64,000 bases of DNA. It comes from Macrostomum lignano (lineage: Eukaryota). Position 1 is the stretch's first letter; each line of letters begins with the position of its first letter. Of this stretch, positions 47,240 to 59,500 are shown in pieces. A program made the position numbers and the translations under genes. Where the stretch lies: positions 117,001 to 181,000 of the forward strand of contig NIVC01002359.1 of assembly GCA_002269645.1 (NCBI GenBank). Direction: 5' to 3'. The notes under the pieces are model-generated. The model searched no databases, was not told where the DNA came from, and worked only from the letters and a program-made list of their open reading frames with translations.

Positions 47240-47640
47240 TTAAGCTGAGAGTAAGGGGATGCAGTTGAGAAAATCAGAGAAGGAAATAGGAAGAGTCAGG
47301 ATTAAGCTGAGAGTCAGGGGATGAGACAAGCTGGGAGTCAGAGGATGAGATTAGAAGAGTCAGGAGAATTAGCTGGGAGTCAGAGGATGAGATTAAAAGA
47401 GTCAGGAGAATTAGCTGGGAGTCAGAGGATGCAGTTGAGAGAATCAAAGAAGGAAATAAAGAGTCAGAGGATGAGAAAGCTAAGAGTCAGAGGATGAGAT
47501 TAAGCTAAGAGTCAGAGGATGAGATTAAGCTAAGAGTCAGATGATGAGATTAAGCTGAGAGTCAGAGGATGAGATAAGCTGAGAGTCAGAGGATGAGAAT
47601 AAGCTGAGAGTCAGAGGATGAGACAAGCTGAGAGTCAGAG
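47240..47640. repeat. Degenerate ~22-24-bp purine-rich repeat (GAGTCAGAGGATGAGATTAAGCT)
   Basis: Imperfect tandem copies. Confidence 0.8.
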
Positions 47641-48087
47641 GAGAGATAGTGAAAGCTGGATATAGGAAGGGCGACTAGCTGATGCAGTCAGTCAGTTGAT
47701 CCTTTATCATTTCCCGGCGCCCACAGTCAGCAGTCGCAGTTTGTAGCGACAGTTCTGTCGGGTTTAGCTCGGTGGCCGGCATCTTCTGATCAAGAGGAGA
47801 GGCAGAGAGAGAAACTGATTGATTGATTGATTGATTGATGACCCGGTATGCGGCCGCGGCACCTTGTGGAAATCCAAATCGACGGACAGACGGAATTGAC
47901 GAGGCAAGAAAAATGGGTAAAGGAGAGGTGAAGAATGAACGAGCTGCAATCCTTGCGCCCCGGTTTTTTCTTTTAGTCTTTCTTCTGCTTCTTCTTCTTG
48001 GCCGTTGAGTTCAAGGAGTTCGAAGACATGGAAAATCTGGTAAAAGAAACTGCCTGGTGACTTTTTGATTCTGATATCCTGATAACA

Positions 48088-49298
48088 GCATGGCACTCCC
48101 CGGCATGGCACTCCCCGGTATGGCACTCCCCGGTATGGCACTCCCCGGTATGGCACTTCCCGGTATGGCACTCCCCGGTATGGCACTCCCCAGTATGGCA
48201 CTCCCCGGTATGGCACTCCCCGGTATGGCACTCCTCGGTATAGCACTCCCCGGTATGGTACTCCTCGGTATGGCACTCCCCGGTATGGCACTCCCCGGTA
48301 TAGCACTCCCCGGTATGGCACTCCCCGGTATGTCAATCCTCGGTATTTCACTCCCCGGTATGGCACTCCTCGGTATAGCACTCCCCGGTATGGTACTCCT
48401 CGGTATGGCACTCCCCGGTATGGCACTCCCCGGTATAGCACTCCCCGGTATGGCACTCCCCGGTATGGCAATCCTCGGTATGGCACTCCCCGGTATGGCA
48501 CTCCCCGGTATGGCACTCCCCGGTATGGCACTCCTCGGTATGGCACTCCCCGGTATGGCACTCCCCGGTATGGCACTCCTCGGTATGGCACTCCCCGGTA
48601 TGGCACTCCCCGGTATGGCACTCCCCGGTATGGCACTCCTCGGTATGGCACTCCCCGGTATGGCACTCCCCGGTATGGCACTCCCCGGTATGGCACTCCC
48701 CGGTATGGCACTCCTCGGTATGGCACTCCCCGGTATGGCACTCCCCGGTATGGCACTCCCCGGTATGGCACTCCTCGGTATGGCACTCCTCGGTATGGCA
48801 CTCCCCGGTATGGCACTCCTCGGTATGGCACTCCCCGGTATGGCACTCCTCGGTATGGCACTCCCCGGTATGGCACTCCCCGGTATGGCACTCCCCGGTA
48901 TGGCACTCCCCGGTATGGCACTCCCCGGTATGGCACTCCTCGTATGGCACTCCCGGTATGGCACTCCCCGGTATGGCACTCCCCGGTATGGCACTCCCCG
49001 GTATGGCACTCCCCGGTATGGCACTCCCCGGTATGGCACTCCTCGGTATGGCACTCCCCGGTATGGCACTCCCCGGTATGGCACTCCTCGGTATGGCACT
49101 CCCCGGTATGGCACTCCCCGGTATGGCACTCCCCGGTATGGCACTCCTCGGTATGGCACTCCCCGGTATGGCACTCCCCGGTATGGCACTCCTCGGTATG
49201 GCACTCCCCGGTATGGCACTCCCCGGTATGGCACTCCCCGGTATGGCACTCCTCGGTATGGCACTCCCCGGTATGGCACTCCCCGGTATGGCACTCCT
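48088..49298. repeat. 15-bp minisatellite (GGTATGGCACTCCCC)
   Basis: Highly homogeneous array with two one-base deletions near 48941-48953; source of the 400-535 aa ORFs. Confidence 0.97.
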
Positions 49299-49559
49299 TG
49301 ATTCTCTTTAACCGCACTCCAGACCCTGTATCCATAGAATTCCATGACAAAGGCGCGATCTCCTTGATCAATTATCATCAGCCGGGCAGTCGGTCGGGCT
49401 TTGATAAATCGAGCAATGCCTGAGGCTGCGGCGATGATGAAGGAGACTGGATTAGGGCGTGGTATGTTCAGACCTGCATGGCTTTTAAGATGGATTCCCT
49501 TTCCTGCCTGAATAGACAGCCTGCTGCAGATGCGGATCTCAGATTTCGAAAATTCCCAA

Positions 49560-50400
49560 TTTTCGACTCCGAAACCCCAGCTATTCGAATCCGAAAATCC
49601 CAACTACCAAATCCGAAATCCCAATAAATTTAATTCAAAATCCCCAATAAACCGAATCCAAAATCCCAACTATTCGAATCCGAAATCCCAACTATTCGAA
49701 TCCGAAATCCCAACTATTCGAATCTGAAATTCCAAATATTCGAATCTGAAATTCCAATTATTCGAATCCGAAATCCCAACTATTCGAATCTGAAATTCCA
49801 AATATTCGAATCCGAAATCCCAACTATTCGAATCCAAAATTCCAACTATTCGAATCTGAAATTCCAATTATTCGAATCCGAAATCCCAACTATTCGAATC
49901 TGAAATTCCAAATATTCGAATCCGAAATCCCAACTATTCGAATCCAAAATTCCAACTATTCGAATCTGAAATTCCAATTATTCGAATCCGAAATCCCAAC
50001 TATTCGAATCCAAAATTCCAACTATTCGAATCTGAAATTCCAACTATTCGAATCTGAAATTCCAATTATTCGAATCCGAAATCCCAACTATTCGAATCTG
50101 AAATTCCAAATATTCGAATCCGAAATCCCAACTATTCGAATCCAAAATTCCAACTATTCGAATCTGAAATTCCAACTATTCGAATCTGAAATTCCAACTA
50201 TTCGAATCCAAAATTCCAACTATTCGAATCTGAAATTCCAACTATTCGAATCCGAAATCCCAACTATTCGAATCTGAAATTCCAAATATTCGAATCCAAA
50301 ATTCCAACTATTCGAATCCAAAATTCCAACTATTCGAATCCAAAATTCCAACTATTCGAATCTGAAATCCCAACTATTCGTATCCGAAATCCCAATTATT
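49560..50400. repeat. 21-bp minisatellite (TATTCGAATCCGAAATCCCAAC-like)
   Basis: Direct tandem copies containing the ATTCGAAT palindrome. Confidence 0.93.
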
Positions 50401-51237
50401 CGAATTATTCTAGGATAAAAGTAAAGTCACAGTGGGTAGGCTTACTAACTGCTCACAGGGTCAGTGAACCCGACTGTCGGGCACATTGTCAGGCAGTTTT
50501 ACACAGCCATGTGACGCCACTAATCAGCAGCGACAATAAATCTATAAATTCGCTGGAATTAAATTGAAATCCAAGATAAGTCAGTCTACCCCATACCGCC
50601 CTCGCACTCCAGTCGGTGGAGCAATACGCTCATAAATCATCCGAACTGGCAGTGCGACCCCCCCCCCGCAATAATTAATCTGCAGCTACCAAATATTTCT
50701 TCGCGCTGCTCTCGCGACTGGCGAGGCAATAAACTTTCTTTCCCGAAATTCTTTGGCCGCGTCAAAAAAACTGTATCGGCTTTCACTGACAAGCGGCGGC
50801 CTCGCGCGCGCCCAAAAAGAGGAAAAATTCCCCCTGTCAATGTTGTGTTTTGGATTGTTACATATCTCTTCTTGGTCTCTGTGACTGCCTGCCTGTCTGC
50901 CTGTCTTTGCAGCAGGGCAGGGTGGGGTTCAGGAGAGGAAAGCGACAAGGACGCAGACAGGGAAATGATTAACGGGACGGGTCTCCCCAGCTTCATTTTA
51001 GCTTCCAAATTGTGGCCACTCCATCAAACAGAGCCTGAGCCGTTTGACCGATTGAGGCTGGGATGTGGCTCGAGCTGCAGTTTTACCCAGCGACTCGGCC
51101 ATTTGTGTAGATGCAGTCTCCCTGAGCTAGCGGCCGCTGTGTGCGTGACAGTCACTACTCTGTCGCTTGTACTTTCTATACATGTGGTGAGCCAGGCAGT
51201 CTTCCCTGACGCCCAGGTAGTCTTCCCTGATGCCCCG

Positions 51238-52925
51238 CTAGCCTCTCTTGGCGCCCCACAGCCTCTCTTGGCGCCCCACAGCCTCTCCTAGCGCCACGCA
51301 GCCTCTCTTGGCACCCCGCAGTCTCTCCTAGTGCCCCACAGCCTCTCCTAGCACCACGCAGCCTCTCCTAGCGCCCCGCAGCCTCTCTTGGCGCCTCGCA
51401 GCCTCTCTTGGCGCCCCACAGCCTCTCTTGGCGCCACGCAGCCTCTCTTGGCGCCCCGCAGTCTCTCCTAGTGCCCCACAGCCTCTCCTAGCGCCACGCA
51501 GCCTCTCTTGGCACCCCGCAGTCTCTCCTAGTGCCCCACAGCCTCTCCTAGCGCCACGCAGCCTCTCCTAGCGCCCCGCAGCCTCTCTTGGCGCCTCGCA
51601 GCCTCTCTTGGCGCCCCACAGTCTCTCTTGGCGCCCGCAGCCTCTCTTGGCGCCCCACAGCCTCTCTTGGCGCCCCGCAGTCTCTCTTGGCGCCCCACAG
51701 CCTCTCTTGGCGCCCCACAGCCTCTCTTGGCGCCCCACAGCCTCTCTTGGCGCCACGCAGCCTCTCTTGGCGCCCCGAAGTCTCTCCTAGTGCCCGACAG
51801 TCTCTCCTAGCGCCACGCAGCCTCTCCTAGCGCCGCACAGCCTATCCTAGCGCCCCACAGCCACTCTTGGCGCCCCACAGCCTCTCTTGGCGCCCCGCAG
51901 CCTCTCTTGGCGCCTCGCAGCCTCTCTTGGCGCCCCACAGCCTCTCTTGGCGCCCCACAGCCTCTCTTGGCGCCCCACAGCCTCTCCTAGCGCCACGCAG
52001 CCTCTCTTGGCGCCCCGCAGTCTCTCTTGGCGCCCCACAGCCTCTCTTGGCGCCCCGCAGTCTCTCTTGGCGCCCCACAGCCTCTCTTGGCGCCCCACAG
52101 CCTCTCTTGGCGCCCCACAGCCTCTCTTGGCGCCACGCAGCCTCTCTTGGCGCCCCGCAGTCTCTCCTAGTGCCCCACAGCCTCTCTTGGCGCCTCGCAG
52201 CCTCTCTTGGCGCCCCACAGCCTCTCTTGGCGCCACGCAGCCTCTCTTGGCGCCCCGCAGTCTCTCCTAGTGCCCCACAGCCTCTCCTAGCGCCACGCAG
52301 CCTCTCTTGGCACCCCGCAGTCTCTCCTAGTGCCCCACAGCCTCTCCTAGCGCCACGCAGCCTCTCCTAGCGCCCCGCAGCCTCTCTTGGCGCCTCGCAG
52401 CCTCTCTTGGCGCCCCACAGCCTCTCTTGGCGCCACGCAGCCTCTCTTGGCGCCCCGCAGCCTCTCTTGGCGCCCCACAGCCTCTCTTGGCGCCCCGCAG
52501 CCTCTCTTGGCGCCTCGCAGCCTCTCTTGGCGCCTCGCAGCCTCTCTTGGCGCCCCACAGCCTCTCTTGGCGCCCCACAGTCTCTCTTGGCGCCCCACAA
52601 CCTCTCCTAGCGCCGCACAGCCTCTCCTAGCGCCCCGCAGCCTCTCCTAGCGCCACGCAGCCTCTCCTAGCGCCCCACAGCCTCTCCTAGCGCCACGCAG
52701 CCTCTCCTAGCGCCCCACAGCCTCTCCTAGCGCCGCACAGCCTCTCCTAGCGCCACGCAGCCTCTCCTAGCACCCCACAGCCTCTCCCGGCGCCGCACAG
52801 CCTCTCCTAGCGCCACGCAGCCTCTCCTAGCGCCCCACAGCCTCTCCTAGCGCCGCACAGCCTCTCCTAGCGCCACGCAGCCTCTCCTAGCACCCCACAG
52901 CCTCTCCCGGCGCCGCACAGCCTCC
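51238..52925. repeat. 20-bp minisatellite (GCCTCTCTTGGCGCCCCACA)
   Basis: Direct tandem copies. Confidence 0.97.
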
Positions 52926-53784
52926 ACAAAGTTATGATCTCATTATTTTGCATCCCCAGTTTCTCGCTACTGCCTCGACTGGCGCCAAAAATCTCCACCA
53001 GAGAAAAAAGCCATGACTAAAAGCCAACAAGCAGCCGCAGCAGCAAAGAATAATTATCACGATTTCCCGCACACACCCGAAGCTCTCCCAACAGGCGGAT
53101 CTCAGGGTTGAGAGAGTTTTTTTTCCATTATTGAATAACGTCTGCGTGACCCAACAAGAGCGAGACCTGGGCTGGATTGATAATACGGCCTTCAGCTTTG
53201 AATTCACGGTTGAATTTCGAGAGAAAGGACCGAGACTTAAGTGGCTCAAGGCCGGCCAGTCGAAGTATAGCTCAGAGTTCTTTCTGTTGCTGCAAAAGCA
53301 AAAAATTGCCAAGGCGACTCCTCCCTCTACCCTGCTGTCAGCTGTCAATCAAATTATCAAAGACAGATGAATGAATGACTGCAATGACGACGGGCTGAGA
53401 GAGGGGAGGAAAATGGGAAATAATATGAGCCATGCCCCCTTATCCCCCGCGAACTCAGTTGTAATACTCGTATCCTATATATTAGTAATACGATTTGAGA
53501 CTTGTACGAGATGCCAGATTTCTATATCAGTTTAAGCAGGCCTTTTTTGGATTTCTAGCAATCATCATCAATCTCCTGTTTGTCTGGCTCCCCTCCCGCT
53601 GCTGCGAGTTTGCTTTCGCAATGTTGACTCTCAAGCCGCATTCTCTGCTTCCGTCAAGACAGGGCAGGACTGTATAGGCTCTGGTGAGCTCCTGCATGTT
53701 TGCTTTTCAAAGATGGGCTCAGTGTGAATAGGAGAAGGAATGGTAATTGGCATTGCCTATCGCAGCCCATCATTGTGCAGGATG

Positions 53785-54688
53785 TCTCAGGGTGTCAGGG
53801 TTCCAGGAGTCTCTGACGAGGGGTGTCAGGGTTCCAGGAGTATCTGACAAGGGGTTTCAGGGTTCCAGGAGTATCTGACGAGGAGTGCCAGGGTTCCAGG
53901 AGTCTCTGACGAGGAGTGCCAGGGTACGAGGAGTCTCTGACGAGGGGTGTCAGGGTTCCAGGAGTCTCTGAAGAGGGGTGTCAGGGTTCCAGGAGTATCT
54001 GACGAGGGGTGTCAGGGTTCCAGGAGTCTCTGACGAGGAGTGTCAGGCTCTCAATGCTGAACTAGATCTCATTCTAGTGAGGGTGTCAGGCTCTCACTCT
54101 AGTGAGGGACGTCAGGCTCTCACTCTAGTGGGGATGTCAGGCTCTCACTCTAGTGGGGGATGTCAGGCTCTCACTCTAGCGAGGGATGTCAGGCTCTCAC
54201 TCTAGTGGGGATGTCAGGCTCTCATTCTAGTGAGGGTGTCAGGCTCTCACTCTAGCGAGGGATGTCAGGCTCTCACTCTAGTGGGGGATGTCAGGCTCTC
54301 ACTCTAGTGAGGGATGTCAGGCTCTCACTCTAGTGGGGGATGTCAGGCTCTCACTCTAGTGGGGATGTCAGGCTCTCACTCTAGTGAGGGATGTCAGGCT
54401 CTCACTCTAGTGGGGATGTCAGGCTCTCACTCTAGTGAGGGATGTCAGGCTCTCACTCTAGTGGGGATGTCAGGCTCTCACTCTAGTGGGGGATGTCAGG
54501 CTCTCACTCTAGTGGGGGATGTCAGGCTCTCACTCTAGTGGGGGATGTCAGGCTCTCACTCTAGTGGGGGATGTCAGGCTCTCACTCTAGTGGGGGATGT
54601 CAGGCTCTCACTCTAGTGGGGGATGTCAGGCTCTCACTCTAGTGGGGGATGTCAGGCTCTCACTCTAGTGGGGGATGTCAGGCTCTCT
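53785..54688. repeat. Two adjacent arrays: 31-bp unit (~53785-54035) and 25/26-bp unit GGGATGTCAGGCTCTCACTCTAGTG (~54075-54688)
   Basis: Direct tandem copies; both units share TGTCAGG. Confidence 0.92.
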
Positions 54689-55529
54689 AAAGAGATTTCT
54701 AAAGGTCAAATATGACGTTTGTATATTAAATTGCACTGAGCACAAAGTAAATAAAATTAGCTACTAACAGTATGTACATATGGCTTGTGAAACCTGGACT
54801 CATTTTTCAATCACAGACGTGCAAAAAAGGCCAAGTCGTAAAATTTAACTGAATGCAACAATAGTATATATCAATTTCTTTTTTCCAGAAAATGCTTCTG
54901 GTCAGGGATGAAACAATAGAATGATGGGAGACTAAACCAATCGGGATACAAGGGGTTCAAATCAGAGCAGAGATGTATAGTCAAGATTCATCTTGTCAGG
55001 CAAATTAAAATATTTCGGGCAAATTTATATAATTTAACAGTTTTAAGCGAATAGAATGCTACTAGACCGTCAGTAGGATGGAGCGGATATTATATGGAAA
55101 AAAATAAATTATCAAGAGTATAAACGGAAGGAGAAATGAGTCGAAAAATAGTAGTTTAATATTAAATAAATAGACCACGGTATGTGCAGGTAATAAAATT
55201 TGAGAGACAGTCTTGCAGAACAGCAACAGCCAGCATGGGTAAATAAAAACAAATTAATTATTTATTCTGAACAACGGTGAAAGCATTGAAAATTCGAATC
55301 TCAGAATCATAGGTCTGACTGCAGTCTAATCTGACAGCTAATGTCAGTACATACACGTACTTGCACATCACACACAGATGAGCAGGTGTATGTCAGTACA
55401 GCAACTTCTTCAAATAGCACCAGTGGATTGTAGGCTATTATATGTAGCATTATTGTCCATCAAAGCAGGCCCGATGATAAATAACCTGCTAATCCTTTTT
55501 CCTTTAAACTGCGATAAACCTCGAGAACA

Positions 55530-56300
55530 ATTTTTCTGCACCTCATAACAGTGTACATTCATTATATTATCGATCTAATTTTCTCTACCTTTCGTAACAG
55601 TGTGCATTCATTATATTATCGATCTAATTTTCTCTATCCCTCATAACAGTGTACGTTCATTATATTATCGATCTAATTTTCTCTATCCCTCATAACAGTG
55701 TACGTTCATTATATTATCGATCTAATTTTCTCTATCCCTCATAACAGTGTACATTCATTATATTATCGATCTAATTTTCTCTACCTCTCGTAACAGTGTA
55801 CATTCATTATATTATCGATCTAATTTTCTCTACCTCTCGTAACAGTGTACATTCATTATATTACCGATCTAATTTTCTCTACCCCTAATAATGTACATTC
55901 ATTATATTATCGATCTAATTTTCTCTACCTCTCGTAACAGTGTGCATTCATTATATTATCGATCTAATTTTCTCTATCCCTCATAACAGTGTACGTTCAT
56001 TATATTATCGATCTAATTTTCTCTATCCCTCATAACAGTGTACGTTCATTATATTATCGATCTAATTTTCTCTACCTCTCGTAGCAGTGTACATTCATTA
56101 TATTATCGATCGAGTTTTCTCTACCCCTAATAATGTACATTCATTATATTATCGATCTAATTTTCTCTACCTCTCGTAACAGTGTACATTCATTATATTA
56201 TCGATTGAGTTTTCTCTACCCTTAATAATGTACATTCATTATATTATCGATCTAGTTTTCTCTACCCTTAATAATGTACATTCATTATATTATCGATCGA
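55530..56300. repeat. ~49-bp AT-rich minisatellite
   Basis: Unit approximately CATAACAGTGTACATTCATTATATTATCGATCTAATTTTCTCTACCCT. Confidence 0.93.
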
Positions 56301-56561
56301 ATTCTCTCGGATTTTCTGCCCTTTTTGCTTGTTTTCTCCTATTCATTTCAACTATTGCTACGCTCGTACATCACTTGTTAAGATCCATTCGATTTGATAC
56401 GTCGATTTGTCAAAGTTATTAAATGGTTTGCGAAGGTGCTCCACTCTAGACGCCTATCTCCTTAGCGACGGCTTCCAGTCCACTGTTGCTATGTATAGAA
56501 GTCCCTGGTCAGTCTTACTCATAGTCAGCTGTTCAGTTCGCCTGTCACTCAGTCAGTCCGG

Positions 56562-59500
56562 TCAGCCCTGGGAGTCCAGCCGCGGGTCCATGCTGGGCCG
56601 CAGCAACAGGCTGCCCTCAACCCAGTCATTTGGTTTCTCCAGCATCCGGGTCCACATCAGCGACTCGTGGCCACGAGCGTCCATGCAGGGGTAGCTGCGG
56701 TCTGTATGGCATGGGGGTTGTTTTGGAAACAGAGCCACAGAAGTAACCCACAACAAAGCAAAAATTCAGAGATCTTTCAAACTTTTCTTTACCAAAAAAG
56801 CAGCACGGACGGAAAATACTCCAAAGCTACTCAAAAGAAGTAACTATGGGAAGCTACCCGGAAGCTACCCAGAAGCTACACAGAAGCTACCAGGAAGCTA
56901 TCCAGAAGCTACCTAGAAGCTACCCAGAAGCTACCCAGAAGCTACCAGGAAGCTACCCAGAAGCTACCCAGAAGCTACCTAGAAGCTACCCAGAAGCTAC
57001 CAGGAAGCTACCCAGAAGCTACCCAGAAGCTACCTAGAAGCTACCTAGAAGCTACCCAGAAGCTACCCAGAAGCTACCTAGAAGCTACCTAGAAGCTACC
57101 CAGAAGCTACCCAGAAGCTACTAGGAAGCTACTAGGAATCTACTCAGAAGCTACCAGGAAGCTACCCAGAAGCTATCCAGACGCTACCCAGAAGCTACCT
57201 GGGAGTTACCCAGAAGCTACCTGGGAGTTACCCAGAAGCTACCAGGAAGCTACCCAGAAGCTATCCAGAAGCTACCCAGAAGCTATCCAGAAGCTACCCA
57301 GAAGCTACCTGGGAGTTACCCAGAAGCTACCCAGAAGCTACCAGGAAGCTACCCAGAAGCTATCCAGAAGCTACCCAGAAGCTACCTGGGAGTTACCAGA
57401 AGCTACCAGGAAGCTACCCAGAAGCTACCCAGAAGCTACCAGGAAGCTACCCAGAAGCTACCCAGAAGCTACCTAGAAGCTACCCAGAAGCTACCAGGAA
57501 GCTACCCAGAAGCTACCCAGAAGCTACCTAGAAGCTACCCAGAAGCTACCCAGAAGCTACCACGAAGCTACCCAGAAGCTACCCAGAAGCTACCAGGAAG
57601 CTACCCAGAAGCTATCCAGAAGCTACCCAGAAGCTACCTGGGAGTTACCCAGAAGCTACCAGGAAGCTACCCAGAAGCTACCCAGAAGCTACCTAGAAGC
57701 TACCTAGAAGCTACCCAGAAGCTACCCAGAAGCTACTAGGAAGCTACTAGGAAGCTACTCAGAAGCTACCAGGAAGCTACCCAGAAGCTATCCAGACGCT
57801 ACCCAGAAGCTACCTGGGAGTTACCCAGAAGCTACCAGGAAGCTACCAGGAAGCTACCAGGAAGCTACCCAGAAGCTACCCAGAAGCTACCAGGAAGCTA
57901 CCCAGAAGCTATCCAGAAGCTACCCAGAAGCTACCTGGGAGTTACCAGAAGCTACCAGGAAGCTACCCAGAAGCTACCCAGAAGCTACCTAGAAGCTACC
58001 TAGAAGCTACCCAGAAGCTACCAGAAGCTACTAGGAAGCTACTAGGAAGCTACTCAGAAGCTACCAGGAAGCTACCAGAAGCTATCCAGACGCTATCCAG
58101 AAGCTACCTGGGAGTTACCCAGAAGCTACCAGGAAGCTACCCAGAAGCTATCCAGAAGCTACCCAGAAGCTATCCAGAAGCTACCCAGAAGCTATCCAGA
58201 AGCTACCCAGAAGCTATCCAGAAGCTACCCAGAAGCTACCTGGGAGTTACCAGAAGCTACCCAGAAGCTACCAGGAAGCTACCCAGAAGCTATCCAGAAG
58301 CTACCCAGAAGCTACCTGGGAGTTACCCAGAAGCTACCAGGAAGCTACCCAGAAGCTACCTAGAAGCTACCTAGAAGCTACCCAGAAGCTACCCAGAAGC
58401 TACTAGGAAGCTACTAGGAAGCTACTCAGAAGCTACCAGGAAGCTACCCAGAAGCTATCCAGACGCTACCCAGAAGCTTCCTGGGAGTTACCCAGAAGCT
58501 ACCAGGAAGCTACCCAGAAGCTATCCAGAAGCTACCCAGAAGCTATCCAGAAGCTACCCAGAAGCTACCTGGGAGTTACCCAGAAGCTACCAAGAAGCTA
58601 CCCAGACACCATCAGCAGAAGCCATCAAAAAGTCACCCAGAAGTCACCCCTAGCAACTAAAGCCAGTGTGTTTCTGCCGCTACGGTCAGTCGCTCACCCC
58701 CAACGTTGAGGCGCACGCCGCCCAGGAAGTCGTTTCGACCGATTTTGACATGGTCCCAGACCGTCAGCTCCAGCGACCGGCCTTTCAGGTCACGCAGAGA
58801 GATATTCTCGAATGCCAGTATGGAGTTGAAGTTCGGATTCATGTCGCCTTTAACTATGGCGGATTTCTGCTTCACCCGGCTGCTTCTGGTGGCCCGGCTG
58901 TCCGGGTCCGGGTTGATCAGGTAGCTGTGGGAGTCAGGATTCGGAAGTTGCAGATCCCATGGTCACTCTCATGCTGAGCTTCCGGGATGTGAGGTTTGAG
59001 GGTTTATAGATTTGAGGATGAGGCTTAGATGAAACGAGACTTTGAGGATGTGAGACTTTGTTGAAGGATGCGAGACTTTGAGGATGTGAGACTTTGTTGA
59101 AGGATGCGAGACTTTGAGGATGTGAGACTATGAGGATGTGAGACTTTGAGGATGTGAGACTATGAGGATGTGAGACTATGAGGATGTGAGACTTTGAGGA
59201 TGTGAGACTTTGTTGAGGGATGTGAGACTTTGTTGAGGGATGTGAGACTTTGAGGATGTGAGACTTTGTTGAAGGATGCGAGACTTTGAGGATGTGAGAC
59301 TTTGTTGAAGGATGCGAGACTTTGAGGATGTGAGACTATGAGGATGTGAGACTTTGAGGATGTGAGACTATGAGGATGTGAGACTATGAGGATGTGAGAC
59401 TTTGAGGATGTGAGACTTTGTTGAGGGATGTGAGACTTTGTTGAGGGATGTGAGACTTTGAGGATGTGAGACTTTAAGGATGTGAGACTATGAGGATGTG

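Noticed and set aside
47764-49603. Long ORFs of 400-535 aa (VPYRG, SAIPG and MALPG repeats)
   Set aside because: They are open in most frames on both strands because the 15-bp unit has no stop codon. They are not evidence of a repeat protein.
23190-56300. Regular 24-49 bp arrays as possible CRISPR arrays
   Set aside because: Units are head-to-tail with no unique spacers, there are no cas genes, and the DNA is eukaryotic.
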